Shown: in pieces, positions 45,220 to 54,063 of the stretch
Position numbering within the stretch: position 1 is the stretch's first letter
How the letters are laid out: each line of letters starts with the position of its first letter
Source: a virus
Lineage: Duplodnaviria > Heunggongvirae > Uroviricota > Caudoviricetes
IMG/VR virus record: IMGVR_UViG_2861048470_000002
DNA length: 54,063 nucleotides
Strand: one strand, 5' to 3'
Notes under the pieces: model-generated
Database searches by the model: none
The model's input: only the letters and a program-made list of their open reading frames with translations
Told to the model about the DNA's origin: nothing
Position numbers and translations under genes: made by a program

Positions 45220-45788
45220 AAACGGGGGCTGAAGCCATCCGCGCACTGGCCACACAGCTCCCGGTGTTTCGTCAGAAACTGAGCGACGGCTGGTATCAGG
45301 TACGGATTGCCGGGCGGGACGTCAGCACGTCCGGGTTAACGGCGCAGTTACATGAGACTCTGCCTGATGGCGCTGTGATTCATATTGTTCCCAGAGTCGC
45401 CGGGGCCAAGTCAGGTGGCGTATTCCAGATTGTCCTGGGGGCTGCCGCCATTGCCGGATCATTCTTTACCGCCGGAGCCACCCTTGCAGCATGGGGGGCA
45501 GCCATTGGGGCCGGTGGTATGACCGGCATCCTGTTTTCTCTCGGTGCCAGTATGGTGCTCGGTGGTGTGGCGCAGATGCTGGCACCGAAAGCCAGAACTC
45601 CCCGTACACAGACAACGGATAACGGCAAACAGAACACCTATTTCTCCTCACTGGATAACATGGTTGCCCAGGGCAATGTTCTGCCGGTTCTGTACGGTGA
45701 AATGCGCGTGGGGTCACGCGTGGTTTCTCAGGAGATCAGCACGGCAGACGAAGGGGACGGTGGTCAGGTTGTGGTGATTGGTCGCTGA
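45117..45788 (+). CDS. I: Tail tip assembly protein I, 223 aa
   Basis: MAATHTLPLASPGMARICLYGDLQRFGRRIDLRVKTGAEAIRALATQLPVFRQKLSDGWYQV matches lambda I. Confidence 0.95.
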   Translation: MAATHTLPLASPGMARICLYGDLQRFGRRIDLRVKTGAEAIRALATQLPVFRQKLSDGWYQVRIAGRDVSTSGLTAQLHETLPDGAVIHIVPRVAGAKSGGVFQIVLGAAAIAGSFFTAGATLAAWGAAIGAGGMTGILFSLGASMVLGGVAQMLAPKARTPRTQTTDNGKQNTYFSSLDNMVAQGNVLPVLYGEMRVGSRVVSQEISTADEGDGGQVVVIGR

Positions 45789-45807
45789 TGCAAAATGTTT
45801 TATGTGA

Positions 45808-45829
45808 AACCGCCTCCGGGCGGTTTTAT
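45808..45829 (+). terminator. Hairpin AACCGCC TCCG GGCGGTT plus T-run between I and J
   Basis: Perfect 7-bp stem with a short T-run. Confidence 0.4.
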
Positions 45830-45848
45830 CGTTTATGGAGCATGACGA

Positions 45849-48800
45849 ATGGGTAAAGGCAGCAGTAAGGGGCATACCCCGCGCGAAGCGAAAGATAACC
45901 TGAAGTCCACGCAGCTGCTGAGTGTGATCGATGCCATCAGCGAAGGGCCGGTTGAAGGTCCGGTGGATGGATTAAAAAGCGTGCTGCTGAACAGTACGCC
46001 GGTGCTGGACAGTGAGGGGAATACCAATATATCCGGCGTCACGGTGGTGTTCCGGGCCGGTGAGCAGGAGCAGACACCGCCGGAGGGATTTGAATCCTCC
46101 GGCTCCGAGACGGTGCTCGGTACAGAAGTGAAATATGACACGCCGATCACCCGGACCATCACGTCGGCAAACATTGACCGTCTGCGTTTTACTTTCGGCG
46201 TGCAGGCACTGGTGGAAACCACCTCAAAGGGGGACAGGAATCCATCGGAAGTCCGCCTGCTGGTTCAGATACAACGTAACGGTGGCTGGGTGACGGAAAA
46301 AGACATCACCATTAAGGGTAAAACCACTTCACAGTATCTGGCCTCGGTGGTGGTGGATAACCTGCCGCCGCGCCCGTTTAATATCCGGATGCGCAGGATG
46401 ACGCCGGACAGCACCACAGACCAGCTGCAGAACAAAACGCTCTGGTCGTCATACACCGAAATTATCGATGTGAAACAGTGCTACCCGAACACGGCACTGG
46501 TCGGCGTGCAGGTGGACTCGGAGCAGTTCGGCAGCCAGCAGGTGAGCCGTAATTATCATCTGCGCGGGCGTATTCTGCAGGTGCCGTCGAATTATAACCC
46601 GCAGACGCGGCAATACAGCGGTATCTGGGACGGAACGTTTAAACCGGCATACAGCAACAACCCGGCCTGGTGTCTGTGGGATATGCTGACCCATCCGCGC
46701 TACGGCATGGGGAAACGTCTTGGTGCGGTGGATGTGGATAAATGGGCGCTGTATCTTATCGGCCAGTACTGCGACCAGTCAGTGCCGGACGGCTTTGGCG
46801 GCACGGAGCCGCGCATCACCTGTAATGCCTGGCTGACCACACAGCGTAAGGCGTGGGATGTGCTCAGTGATTTCTGCTCTGCGATGCGCTGTATGCCGGT
46901 ATGGAACGGGCAGACGCTGACGTTCGTGCAGGACCGACCGTCGGATAAGGTGTGGACCTATAACCGCAGTAATGTGGTGATGCCGGATGATGGTGCGCCG
47001 TTCCGCTACAGCTTCAGCGCCCTGAAGGACCGCCATAATGCCGTTGAGGTGAACTGGATTGACCCGAATAACGGCTGGGAGACGGCGACAGAGCTTGTGG
47101 AGGACACGCAGGCCATTGCCCGTTACGGTCGTAACGTCACGAAGATGGATGCTTTTGGCTGTACCAGCCGGGGGCAGGCACACCGCGCCGGGCTGTGGCT
47201 GATTAAAACAGAACTGCTGGAAACGCAGACCGTGGACTTCAGCGTGGGTGCCGAAGGGCTTCGCCATGTACCGGGCGATGTCATTGAAATCTGCGATGAT
47301 GACTATGCCGGTATCCGCACCGGCGGGCGCGTGCTGGCGGTAAACAGCCAGACCCGGACGCTGACGCTCGACCGTGAAATCACGCTGCCATCTTCCGGCA
47401 CCACGCTGATAAGCCTGGTTGACGGGCAGGGGAGTCCGGTCAGCGTGGAGGTTCAGTCCGTCACCGACGGCGTGAAGGTGAAAGTGAGCCGTGTTCCTGA
47501 CGGCGTTGCTGAATACAGCGTATGGGGGCTGAAGCTGCCGACGTTGCGCCAGCGCCTGTTCCGCTGCGTGAGTATCCGTGAGAACGACGACGGCACGTAT
47601 GCCATCACCGCCGTGCAGCATGTACCGGAAAAAGAGGCCATCGTGGATAACGGGGCGCACTTTGACGGCGACCAGAGCGGCACGGTAAATGGTGTCACGC
47701 CGCCAGCGGTGCAGCACCTGACCGCAGAAGTCACCGCAGACAGCGGGGAGTATCAGGTGCTGGCGCGCTGGGACACGCCGAAGGTGGTGAAGGGCGTGAG
47801 CTTCCTGCTTCGCCTGACCGTGGCAGCGGATGACGGCCGTGAGCGGCTGGTCAGCACGGCCCGGACGACGGAAACCACTTACCGCTTCACACAACTGGCT
47901 CTGGGGAACTACAGGCTGACAGTCCGGGCAGTAAATGCGTGGGGGCAGCAGGGCGATCCGGCGTCGGTATCGTTCCGGATTGCCGCACCGGCAGCGCCGT
48001 CGCGGATTGAGCTGACGCCGGGCTATTTTCAGATAACCGCCACGCCGCATCTTGCGGTTTATGACCCGACGGTACAGTTTGAGTTCTGGTTCTCGGAAAA
48101 ACGGATTGCGGATATCAGGCAGGTTGAAACCAGCGCGCGTTATCTTGGTACGGCACTGTACTGGATAGCCGCCAGTATCAATATCAAACCGGGCCATGAT
48201 TATTATTTTTACGTTCGCAGTGTGAACACCGTTGGCAAATCGGCATTCGTGGAGGCTGTCGATCAGCCGAGTGATGATGCATCAGGCTATCTGGATTTTT
48301 TCAAAGGCGAGATAGGGAAAACCCATCTGGCTCAGGAGCTGTGGACGCAGATTGATAACGGTCAGCTTGCGCCTGACCTGACTGAAATCAGGACGTCCAT
48401 AACGGATGTCAGCAATGAAATAACACAGACCGTCAATAAGAAACTGGAAGACCAGAGTGCAGCGATCCAGCAGATACAGAAGGTTCAGGTTGATACAAAT
48501 AATAACCTGAACAGCATGTGGGCAGTGAAGCTGCAGCAGATGCAGGACGGACGCCTTTATATTGCGGGTATCGGTGCCGGTATTGAGAACACCCCTGACG
48601 GCATGCAGAGTCAGGTGCTGCTGGCAGCAGACAGGATTGCGATGATTAATCCTGCGAATGGCAACACAAAGCCGATGTTTGTTGGTCAGGGCGATCAGAT
48701 ATTCATGAATGAAGTGTTCCTGAAACGCCTGACGGCCCCCACCATTACCAGCGGCGGTAATCCTCCGGCATTTTCCCTGACATCAGACGGGAGACTGACG

Positions 48801-49346
48801 GCGAAAAATGCGGATATCAGTGGCAGTGTGAATGCGAACTCAGGAACGCTCAACAATGTCACGATTAACCAGAACTGTACGATTAAGGGCATGCTGGAGG
48901 CGACCCAGGTCAGAGGAGATTTCGTTAAAGCTGTATCAAAAGCCTTCCCGAAAAAAGTCGGTACGTGGGGTAACACGGAAACACCAAACGGTACGGTTAC
49001 AGTCACCATCAGCGATGATCATAACTTTGACCGCCAGATTATTATTCCGCCCATTATTTTTAACGGTATAGCGTATGACGATCCGGGGAGCGGAAATAAC
49101 CCAGGAGGCACGCGATACACGGGTTATGGTTTTGAAGTTCGCAAAAACGGCGTATTAATCGCATCCAGAGAAACTAAAGGGGCCATTCCCGGTAGTTACA
49201 GTGCAGTTATTGATATGCCGAGTGGCAGGGGAAGCGTCACTCTGGAGTTTAAGATTTTCCAGAAAGGCAATCAGGGGGCAGGCAATATCACCGACTGTAC
49301 GGTGATTGTGACCAAAAAAGCCGCTTCCGGCATCAGTATTCGTTGA
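45849..49346 (+). CDS. J: Central tail fibre / host-specificity protein J, 1165 aa, with a C-terminal region that differs from lambda J as I recall it
   Basis: [54 protein letters not shown] is lambda-J-like for about 950 residues, then diverges. Confidence 0.95.
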   Translation: MGKGSSKGHTPREAKDNLKSTQLLSVIDAISEGPVEGPVDGLKSVLLNSTPVLDSEGNTNISGVTVVFRAGEQEQTPPEGFESSGSETVLGTEVKYDTPITRTITSANIDRLRFTFGVQALVETTSKGDRNPSEVRLLVQIQRNGGWVTEKDITIKGKTTSQYLASVVVDNLPPRPFNIRMRRMTPDSTTDQLQNKTLWSSYTEIIDVKQCYPNTALVGVQVDSEQFGSQQVSRNYHLRGRILQVPSNYNPQTRQYSGIWDGTFKPAYSNNPAWCLWDMLTHPRYGMGKRLGAVDVDKWALYLIGQYCDQSVPDGFGGTEPRITCNAWLTTQRKAWDVLSDFCSAMRCMPVWNGQTLTFVQDRPSDKVWTYNRSNVVMPDDGAPFRYSFSALKDRHNAVEVNWIDPNNGWETATELVEDTQAIARYGRNVTKMDAFGCTSRGQAHRAGLWLIKTELLETQTVDFSVGAEGLRHVPGDVIEICDDDYAGIRTGGRVLAVNSQTRTLTLDREITLPSSGTTLISLVDGQGSPVSVEVQSVTDGVKVKVSRVPDGVAEYSVWGLKLPTLRQRLFRCVSIRENDDGTYAITAVQHVPEKEAIVDNGAHFDGDQSGTVNGVTPPAVQHLTAEVTADSGEYQVLARWDTPKVVKGVSFLLRLTVAADDGRERLVSTARTTETTYRFTQLALGNYRLTVRAVNAWGQQGDPASVSFRIAAPAAPSRIELTPGYFQITATPHLAVYDPTVQFEFWFSEKRIADIRQVETSARYLGTALYWIAASINIKPGHDYYFYVRSVNTVGKSAFVEAVDQPSDDASGYLDFFKGEIGKTHLAQELWTQIDNGQLAPDLTEIRTSITDVSNEITQTVNKKLEDQSAAIQQIQKVQVDTNNNLNSMWAVKLQQMQDGRLYIAGIGAGIENTPDGMQSQVLLAADRIAMINPANGNTKPMFVGQGDQIFMNEVFLKRLTAPTITSGGNPPAFSLTSDGRLTAKNADISGSVNANSGTLNNVTINQNCTIKGMLEATQVRGDFVKAVSKAFPKKVGTWGNTETPNGTVTVTISDDHNFDRQIIIPPIIFNGIAYDDPGSGNNPGGTRYTGYGFEVRKNGVLIASRETKGAIPGSYSAVIDMPSGRGSVTLEFKIFQKGNQGAGNITDCTVIVTKKAASGISIR

Positions 49347-49367
49347 CATATTTATAACCCCAATAAA

Positions 49368-49393
49368 GGGCGTCAGGAATGACGCCTTTTTTA
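49368..49393 (+). terminator. Rho-independent terminator (GGCGTC AGGAAT GACGCC then TTTTTT) after J
   Basis: Perfect stem plus T-run 20 nt after the J stop. Confidence 0.8.
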
Positions 49394-49416
49394 TTGCAGA
49401 AAAGCGAGAGGTAATT

Positions 49417-50016
49417 ATGCGTAAAGTTTGTGCAGCAATTTTGTCCGCAGCCATTTGTCTGGCCGTATCCGGTGCGCCTGCATGGGCGTCTGAACATCAG
49501 TCCACGCTGAGCGCGGGGTATCTTCATGCCTCGACGAACGTTCCCGGCAGTGATGATCTGAACGGGATTAACGTGAAATACCGTTATGAGTTTACGGACA
49601 CACTGGGGCTGGAGACGTCGTTCAGCTATGCAGGAGACAAGAATCGCCAGCTGACCCGTTACAGCGATACCCGCTGGCATGAAGATTCCGTTCGTAACCG
49701 CTGGTTCAGCGTAATGGCGGGGCCGTCTGTGCGCGTGAATGAATGGTTCAGCGCGTATGCGATGGCGGGTGTGGCTTACAGCCGTGTGTCGACTTTCTCC
49801 GGGGATTATCTTCGCGTAACTGACAACAAGGGGAAAAAGCACGATGTGCTGACCGGAAGTGATGACGGTCGCCACAGCAACACGTCTCTGGCGTGGGGGG
49901 CTGGCGTGCAGTTTAACCCGACCGAATCCGTGGCCATTGATATTGCTTATGAAGGCTCCGGCAGTGGTGACTGGCGCACTGACGGGTTCATCGTGGGTGT
50001 TGGTTATAAATTCTGA
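49417..50016 (+). CDS. lom: Lom outer-membrane protein (Ail/PagC/OmpX family), 199 aa
   Basis: Signal peptide MRKVCAAILSAAICLAVSGAPAWA and C-terminal ...VAIDIAYEGSGSGDWRTDGFIVGVGYKF as in lambda Lom. Confidence 0.93.
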   Translation: MRKVCAAILSAAICLAVSGAPAWASEHQSTLSAGYLHASTNVPGSDDLNGINVKYRYEFTDTLGLETSFSYAGDKNRQLTRYSDTRWHEDSVRNRWFSVMAGPSVRVNEWFSAYAMAGVAYSRVSTFSGDYLRVTDNKGKKHDVLTGSDDGRHSNTSLAWGAGVQFNPTESVAIDIAYEGSGSGDWRTDGFIVGVGYKF

Positions 50017-50042
50017 TTAGCCAGGTAACACAGTGTTATGAC

Positions 50043-50070
50043 AGCCCGCCGGTTCAGGCGGGCTTTTTTG
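50043..50070 (+). terminator. Rho-independent terminator (AGCCCGCC GGTTCA GGCGGGCT then TTTTTT) after lom
   Basis: Perfect 8-bp stem plus T-run. Confidence 0.8.
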
Positions 50071-50074
50071 TGGG

Positions 50075-53000
50075 GTGAATATGGCAGTAAAGATTTCAGG
50101 TGTACTGAAAGACGGCACAGGAAAACCGGTACAGAACTGCACAATCCAGCTGAAAGCAAAACGTAACAGTACCACGGTGGTGGTGAACACGCTGGCCTCA
50201 GAAAATCCGGATGAAGCCGGGCGTTACAGTATGGACGTTGAGTACGGTCAGTACAGCGTTATTCTGTTGGTGGAAGGATTCCCGCCGTCACATGCCGGGA
50301 CCATCACAGTGTATGAAGATTCCCGACCCGGTACGCTGAATGATTTTCTCGGTGCCATGACGGAGGATGATGCCCGTCCGGAGGCACTGCGCCGTTTTGA
50401 GCTGATGGTGGAAGAGGTGGCGCGTAACGCGTCCGTGGTGGCACAGAACACGGCAGCCGCAAAGAAGTCAGCCAGTGATGCCGGCACATCTGCCAGTGAG
50501 GCGGCAACCCATGCGACTGATGCTGCAGGCTCAGCACGCGCAGCCAGCACGTCAGCCGGACAGGCCGCGTCGTCGGCTCAGTCAGCATCTTCCAGCGCAG
50601 GAACGGCATCAACAAAGGCCAGTGAAGCATCGAAAAGTGCTGCTGCTGCAGAGTCCTCAAAAAGCGCGGCAGCTACCAGTGCCGCTGCGGCGAAAACGTC
50701 AGAAACGAATGCGGCAGCGTCACAACAATCAGCAGCCACTTCTGCATCCGCCGCGACCACGAAGGCGTCAGAAGCAGCCACCTCAGCCCGGGATGCGGCG
50801 GTCTCAAAAGAGGCAGCGAAATCATCAGAAACGAACGCATCATCAAGCGCCAGTAGTGCCGCTTCCTCGGCAACGGCGGCAGGCAATTCCGCGAAGGCGG
50901 CAAAAACGTCTGAGACAAACGCCAGGTCTTCTGAAACGGCAGCGGGACAGAGCGCCTCGGCTGCGGCAGGCTCAAAAACAGCGGCTGCGTCGTCTGCCAG
51001 TGCCGCGTCAACAAGTGCCGGGCAGGCCTCAGCCAGTGCCACCGCCGCCGGAAAATCGGCAGAAAGTGCCGCATCGTCTGCTTCAACAGCCACAACGAAG
51101 GCTGGCGAAGCCACTGAACAGGCCAGCGCAGCAGCGAGGTCTGCTTCCGCAGCGAAGACATCCGAGACGAACGCGAAAGCGTCGGAAACCAGCGCAGAAT
51201 CCTCAAAAACGGCTGCCGCATCGTCCGCCAGTTCGGCGGCGTCATCGGCATCATCGGCGTCTGCTTCAAAAGATGAGGCGACCAGACAAGCGTCCGCAGC
51301 GAAGGGCAGCGCCACGACAGCATCCACGAAGGCGACAGAGGCAGCTGGCAGTGCGACGGCGGCAGCACAGAGCAAAAGTACGGCGGAATCCGCGGCAACG
51401 CGCGCCGAGACAGCGGCAAAACGGGCAGAGGATATTGCATCCGCCGTGGCGCTTGAGGATGCAAGTACGACGAAAAAGGGGATAGTACAGCTCAGCAGTG
51501 CGACCAACAGTACGTCTGAAACGCTGGCGGCAACGCCAAAGGCAGTAAAATCAGCCTATGACAATGCAGAGAAACGTCTGCAGAAAGACCAGAACGGCGC
51601 TGATATACCCGATAAGGGACGCTTCCTGAACAACATTAACGCGGTCAGTAAAACAGACTTTGCTGATAAGCGTGGTATGCGTTATGTGCGGGTTAACGCT
51701 CCTGCAGGTGCAACATCTGGAAAATATTACCCTGTTGTTGTTATGCGTTCTGCTGGCTCAGTAAGCGAACTGGCATCAAGGGTCATTATCACCACGGCAA
51801 CGCGAACCGCAGGCGATCCGATGAATAACTGCGAGTTTAACGGATTTGTTATGCCTGGTGGCTGGACTGACAGGGGGCGTTATGCTTATGGAATGTTCTG
51901 GCAATATCAAAACAATGAACGAGCCATCCACTCAATAATGATGAGTAATAAGGGCGATGATTTGCGCTCTGTGTTCTATGTTGATGGCGCTGCTTTCCCT
52001 GTTTTTGCGTTTATCGAAGATGGCCTGTCAATATCCGCACCTGGTGCTGATCTCGTTGTTAATGATACGACCTATAAGTTTGGGGCAACAAATCCGGCGA
52101 CTGAATGTATCGCGGCGGACGTTATCCTTGATTTTAAGAGTGGGCGTGGTTTTTATGAGTCTCATTCGTTAATCGTTAACGATAACTTGTCGTGCAAAAA
52201 ACTTTTTGCCACAGACGAAATTGTAGCGCGTGGTGGTAATCAGATTCGAATGATAGGTGGGGAGTATGGGGCATTATGGCGTAATGATGGCGCTAAAACT
52301 TACCTGCTGCTTACCAATCAAGGTGATGTTTATGGTGGCTGGAATACATTAAGACCGTTTGCTATTGATAACGCAACCGGCGAACTGGTTATTGGAACCA
52401 AACTGTCCGCAAGTCTGAACGGTAATGCATTAACAGCAACAAAGCTGCAAACGCCAAGACGGGTTTCTGGTGTTGAGTTTGATGGTTCCAAAGATATTAC
52501 TTTAACCGCCGCGCATGTGGCTGCTTTTGCCAGAAGGGCAACGGATACATATGCCGATGCGGATGGTGGCGTTCCCTGGAATGCCGAATCAGGCGCTTAT
52601 AATGTCACCCGCTCTGGCGACAGCTATATTCTGGTTAACTTCTATACCGGAGTCGGAAGTTGCCGGACCTTGCAGATGAAGGCGCATTACAGAAATGGTG
52701 GTCTGTTCTACCGTTCTTCAAGAGACGGTTATGGTTTTGAGGAAGACTGGGCAGAAGTTTATACCTCGAAAAATCTTCCACCAGAAAGCTACCCAGTCGG
52801 CGCACCAATCCCGTGGCCATCAGATACCGTTCCGTCTGGTTATGCCCTGATGCAGGGGCAGACTTTTGACAAATCTGCCTACCCGAAACTTGCAGCCGCT
52901 TATCCGTCAGGCGTGATCCCTGATATGCGTGGCTGGACGATTAAGGGCAAGCCCGCCAGTGGTCGTGCCGTATTGTCTCAGGAACAGGACGGCATAAAAT

Positions 53001-53479
53001 CGCATACCCACAGCGCCAGCGCATCCAGTACTGATTTGGGGACGAAAACCACATCGTCGTTTGATTACGGCACTAAATCCACGAATAACACTGGTGCGCA
53101 TACCCATAGTTTAAGTGGCAGCACGAATGCAGCTGGTAATCACAGCCATAGAGATGGCCGTCGATTTAACCCCAGTGTTTTTAAAGATACTTATCAATAT
53201 GGTTATACAAGCTCAGGTCAAAATACCTGGGGTGTACAAGGCTCAGTAGGTATGTCTACGGGGGCGTTAGCTAATACCAGTACAGATGGTAACCATAGCC
53301 ACTCACTGTCCGGCACAGCAGCATCTGCAGGTGCACACGCACATACTGTCGGTATTGGTGCACACACGCACTCCGTTGCGATTGGTTCACATGGACACAC
53401 CATCACCGTTAACGCTGCTGGTAACGCGGAAAACACCGTCAAAAACATCGCATTTAACTATATTGTGAGGCTTGCATAA
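50075..53479 (+). CDS. stf: Side tail fibre Stf, full length 1134 aa, with a long Ala/Ser-rich low-complexity central region and His-rich C-terminal repeats
   Basis: N-terminus [62 protein letters not shown] matches lambda Stf; uninterrupted ORF through to the tfa start. Confidence 0.93.
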   Translation: MNMAVKISGVLKDGTGKPVQNCTIQLKAKRNSTTVVVNTLASENPDEAGRYSMDVEYGQYSVILLVEGFPPSHAGTITVYEDSRPGTLNDFLGAMTEDDARPEALRRFELMVEEVARNASVVAQNTAAAKKSASDAGTSASEAATHATDAAGSARAASTSAGQAASSAQSASSSAGTASTKASEASKSAAAAESSKSAAATSAAAAKTSETNAAASQQSAATSASAATTKASEAATSARDAAVSKEAAKSSETNASSSASSAASSATAAGNSAKAAKTSETNARSSETAAGQSASAAAGSKTAAASSASAASTSAGQASASATAAGKSAESAASSASTATTKAGEATEQASAAARSASAAKTSETNAKASETSAESSKTAAASSASSAASSASSASASKDEATRQASAAKGSATTASTKATEAAGSATAAAQSKSTAESAATRAETAAKRAEDIASAVALEDASTTKKGIVQLSSATNSTSETLAATPKAVKSAYDNAEKRLQKDQNGADIPDKGRFLNNINAVSKTDFADKRGMRYVRVNAPAGATSGKYYPVVVMRSAGSVSELASRVIITTATRTAGDPMNNCEFNGFVMPGGWTDRGRYAYGMFWQYQNNERAIHSIMMSNKGDDLRSVFYVDGAAFPVFAFIEDGLSISAPGADLVVNDTTYKFGATNPATECIAADVILDFKSGRGFYESHSLIVNDNLSCKKLFATDEIVARGGNQIRMIGGEYGALWRNDGAKTYLLLTNQGDVYGGWNTLRPFAIDNATGELVIGTKLSASLNGNALTATKLQTPRRVSGVEFDGSKDITLTAAHVAAFARRATDTYADADGGVPWNAESGAYNVTRSGDSYILVNFYTGVGSCRTLQMKAHYRNGGLFYRSSRDGYGFEEDWAEVYTSKNLPPESYPVGAPIPWPSDTVPSGYALMQGQTFDKSAYPKLAAAYPSGVIPDMRGWTIKGKPASGRAVLSQEQDGIKSHTHSASASSTDLGTKTTSSFDYGTKSTNNTGAHTHSLSGSTNAAGNHSHRDGRRFNPSVFKDTYQYGYTSSGQNTWGVQGSVGMSTGALANTSTDGNHSHSLSGTAASAGAHAHTVGIGAHTHSVAIGSHGHTITVNAAGNAENTVKNIAFNYIVRLA

Positions 53480-54063
53480 TGGCATTCAGAATGAGTGAAC
53501 AACCACGGACCATAAAAATTTATAATCTGCTGGCCGGAACTAATGAATTTATTGGTGAAGGTGACGCATATATTCCGCCTCATACAGGTCTGCCAGCAAA
53601 CAGTACCGATATTGCACCGCCAGATATTCCGGCTGGCTTTGTGGCTGTTTTCAACAGTGATGAGGCATCGTGGCATCTCGTTGAAGATCATCGGGGAAAA
53701 ACCGTCTATGACGTGGCTTCCGGCGACGCGTTATTTATTTCTGAACTTGGCTCGTTACCGGAAAATGTCACCTGGTTATCGCCGGAAGGGGAATATCAGA
53801 AGTGGAACGGCACAGCCTGGGTGAAGGATACGGAAGCAGAAAAACTGTTCCGGATCCGGGAGGCGGAAGAAACAAAAAACAGCCTGATGCAGGTAGCCAG
53901 TGAGCATATAGCGCCACTTCAGGATGCTGTAGATCTGGAGATCGCAACGGAGGAAGAAACCTCATTGCTGGAAGCCTGGAAAAAATATCGGGTGTTGCTG
54001 AACCGTGTTAATACAACAACTGCACCGGATATTGAATGGCCAACAGTACCCATTATCGAATAG
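53479..54063 (+). CDS. tfa: Tail fibre assembly protein Tfa, 194 aa
   Basis: [73 protein letters not shown] matches lambda Tfa; stop codon is the last triplet of the window. Confidence 0.95.
   Translation: MAFRMSEQPRTIKIYNLLAGTNEFIGEGDAYIPPHTGLPANSTDIAPPDIPAGFVAVFNSDEASWHLVEDHRGKTVYDVASGDALFISELGSLPENVTWLSPEGEYQKWNGTAWVKDTEAEKLFRIREAEETKNSLMQVASEHIAPLQDAVDLEIATEEETSLLEAWKKYRVLLNRVNTTTAPDIEWPTVPIIE

Noticed and set aside
46779-48197. 472-aa ORF antisense to J
   Set aside because: It lies entirely within the J coding region on the opposite strand, with Arg/Pro/His-rich composition and no RBS. Long antisense ORFs are expected in GC-rich genes.
50475-51507. Three long overlapping ORFs (336 aa Pro/Arg-rich on plus; 309 aa and 263 aa on minus) inside stf
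   Set aside because: They are alternative-frame and antisense readings of the GC-rich Ala/Ser-coding repeat of Stf. Their compositions (poly-Pro/Arg, poly-Ala/Asp) are what repeat-frame artefacts look like, and stf itself is the lambda-like frame.

Overview
The window is the left junction and most of a lambda-like prophage integrated at the lambda attB site beside host ybhC (attL core GCTTTTTTATACTAA at 1331-1345), running on past the window end after tfa. Protein identities are from recalled lambda/P22/DLP12 sequences, not a database search. It is a mosaic: lambda-type int/xis, Red recombination genes (exo, bet, gam, kil, cIII, ea10), O/P replication genes, cos and the complete Nu1-to-tfa structural module; a P22-type immunity region (c2 repressor, cro, cII-like, N-like antiterminator, P22-style operators, identical nutL/nutR boxB hairpins); and a DLP12/phage-21-like late region (ninE, ybcO-like, rusA, ylcG, Q, nmpC porin on the opposite strand, holin, SAR-type endolysin, Rz/Rz1). 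Four insertion sequences interrupt it, each with target-site duplications: an IS21-family IS100-like element in O, an IS66-family element in ninB, and an IS66-family element in a Rha-like gene that itself carries a nested ISEc8-like IS66 element. ren is truncated, so the prophage is probably replication-defective. The least explained parts are two low-GC accessory islands: a 200-aa three-helix membrane protein with a TraR/DksA-like zinc-finger gene where lambda has ea8.5/ea22, and a ren-ninB island with a secreted 164-aa protein followed by about 1 kb of ORF-poor sequence holding a small ORF frameshifted at a G6 tract. No CRISPR array, tRNA or rRNA was seen.
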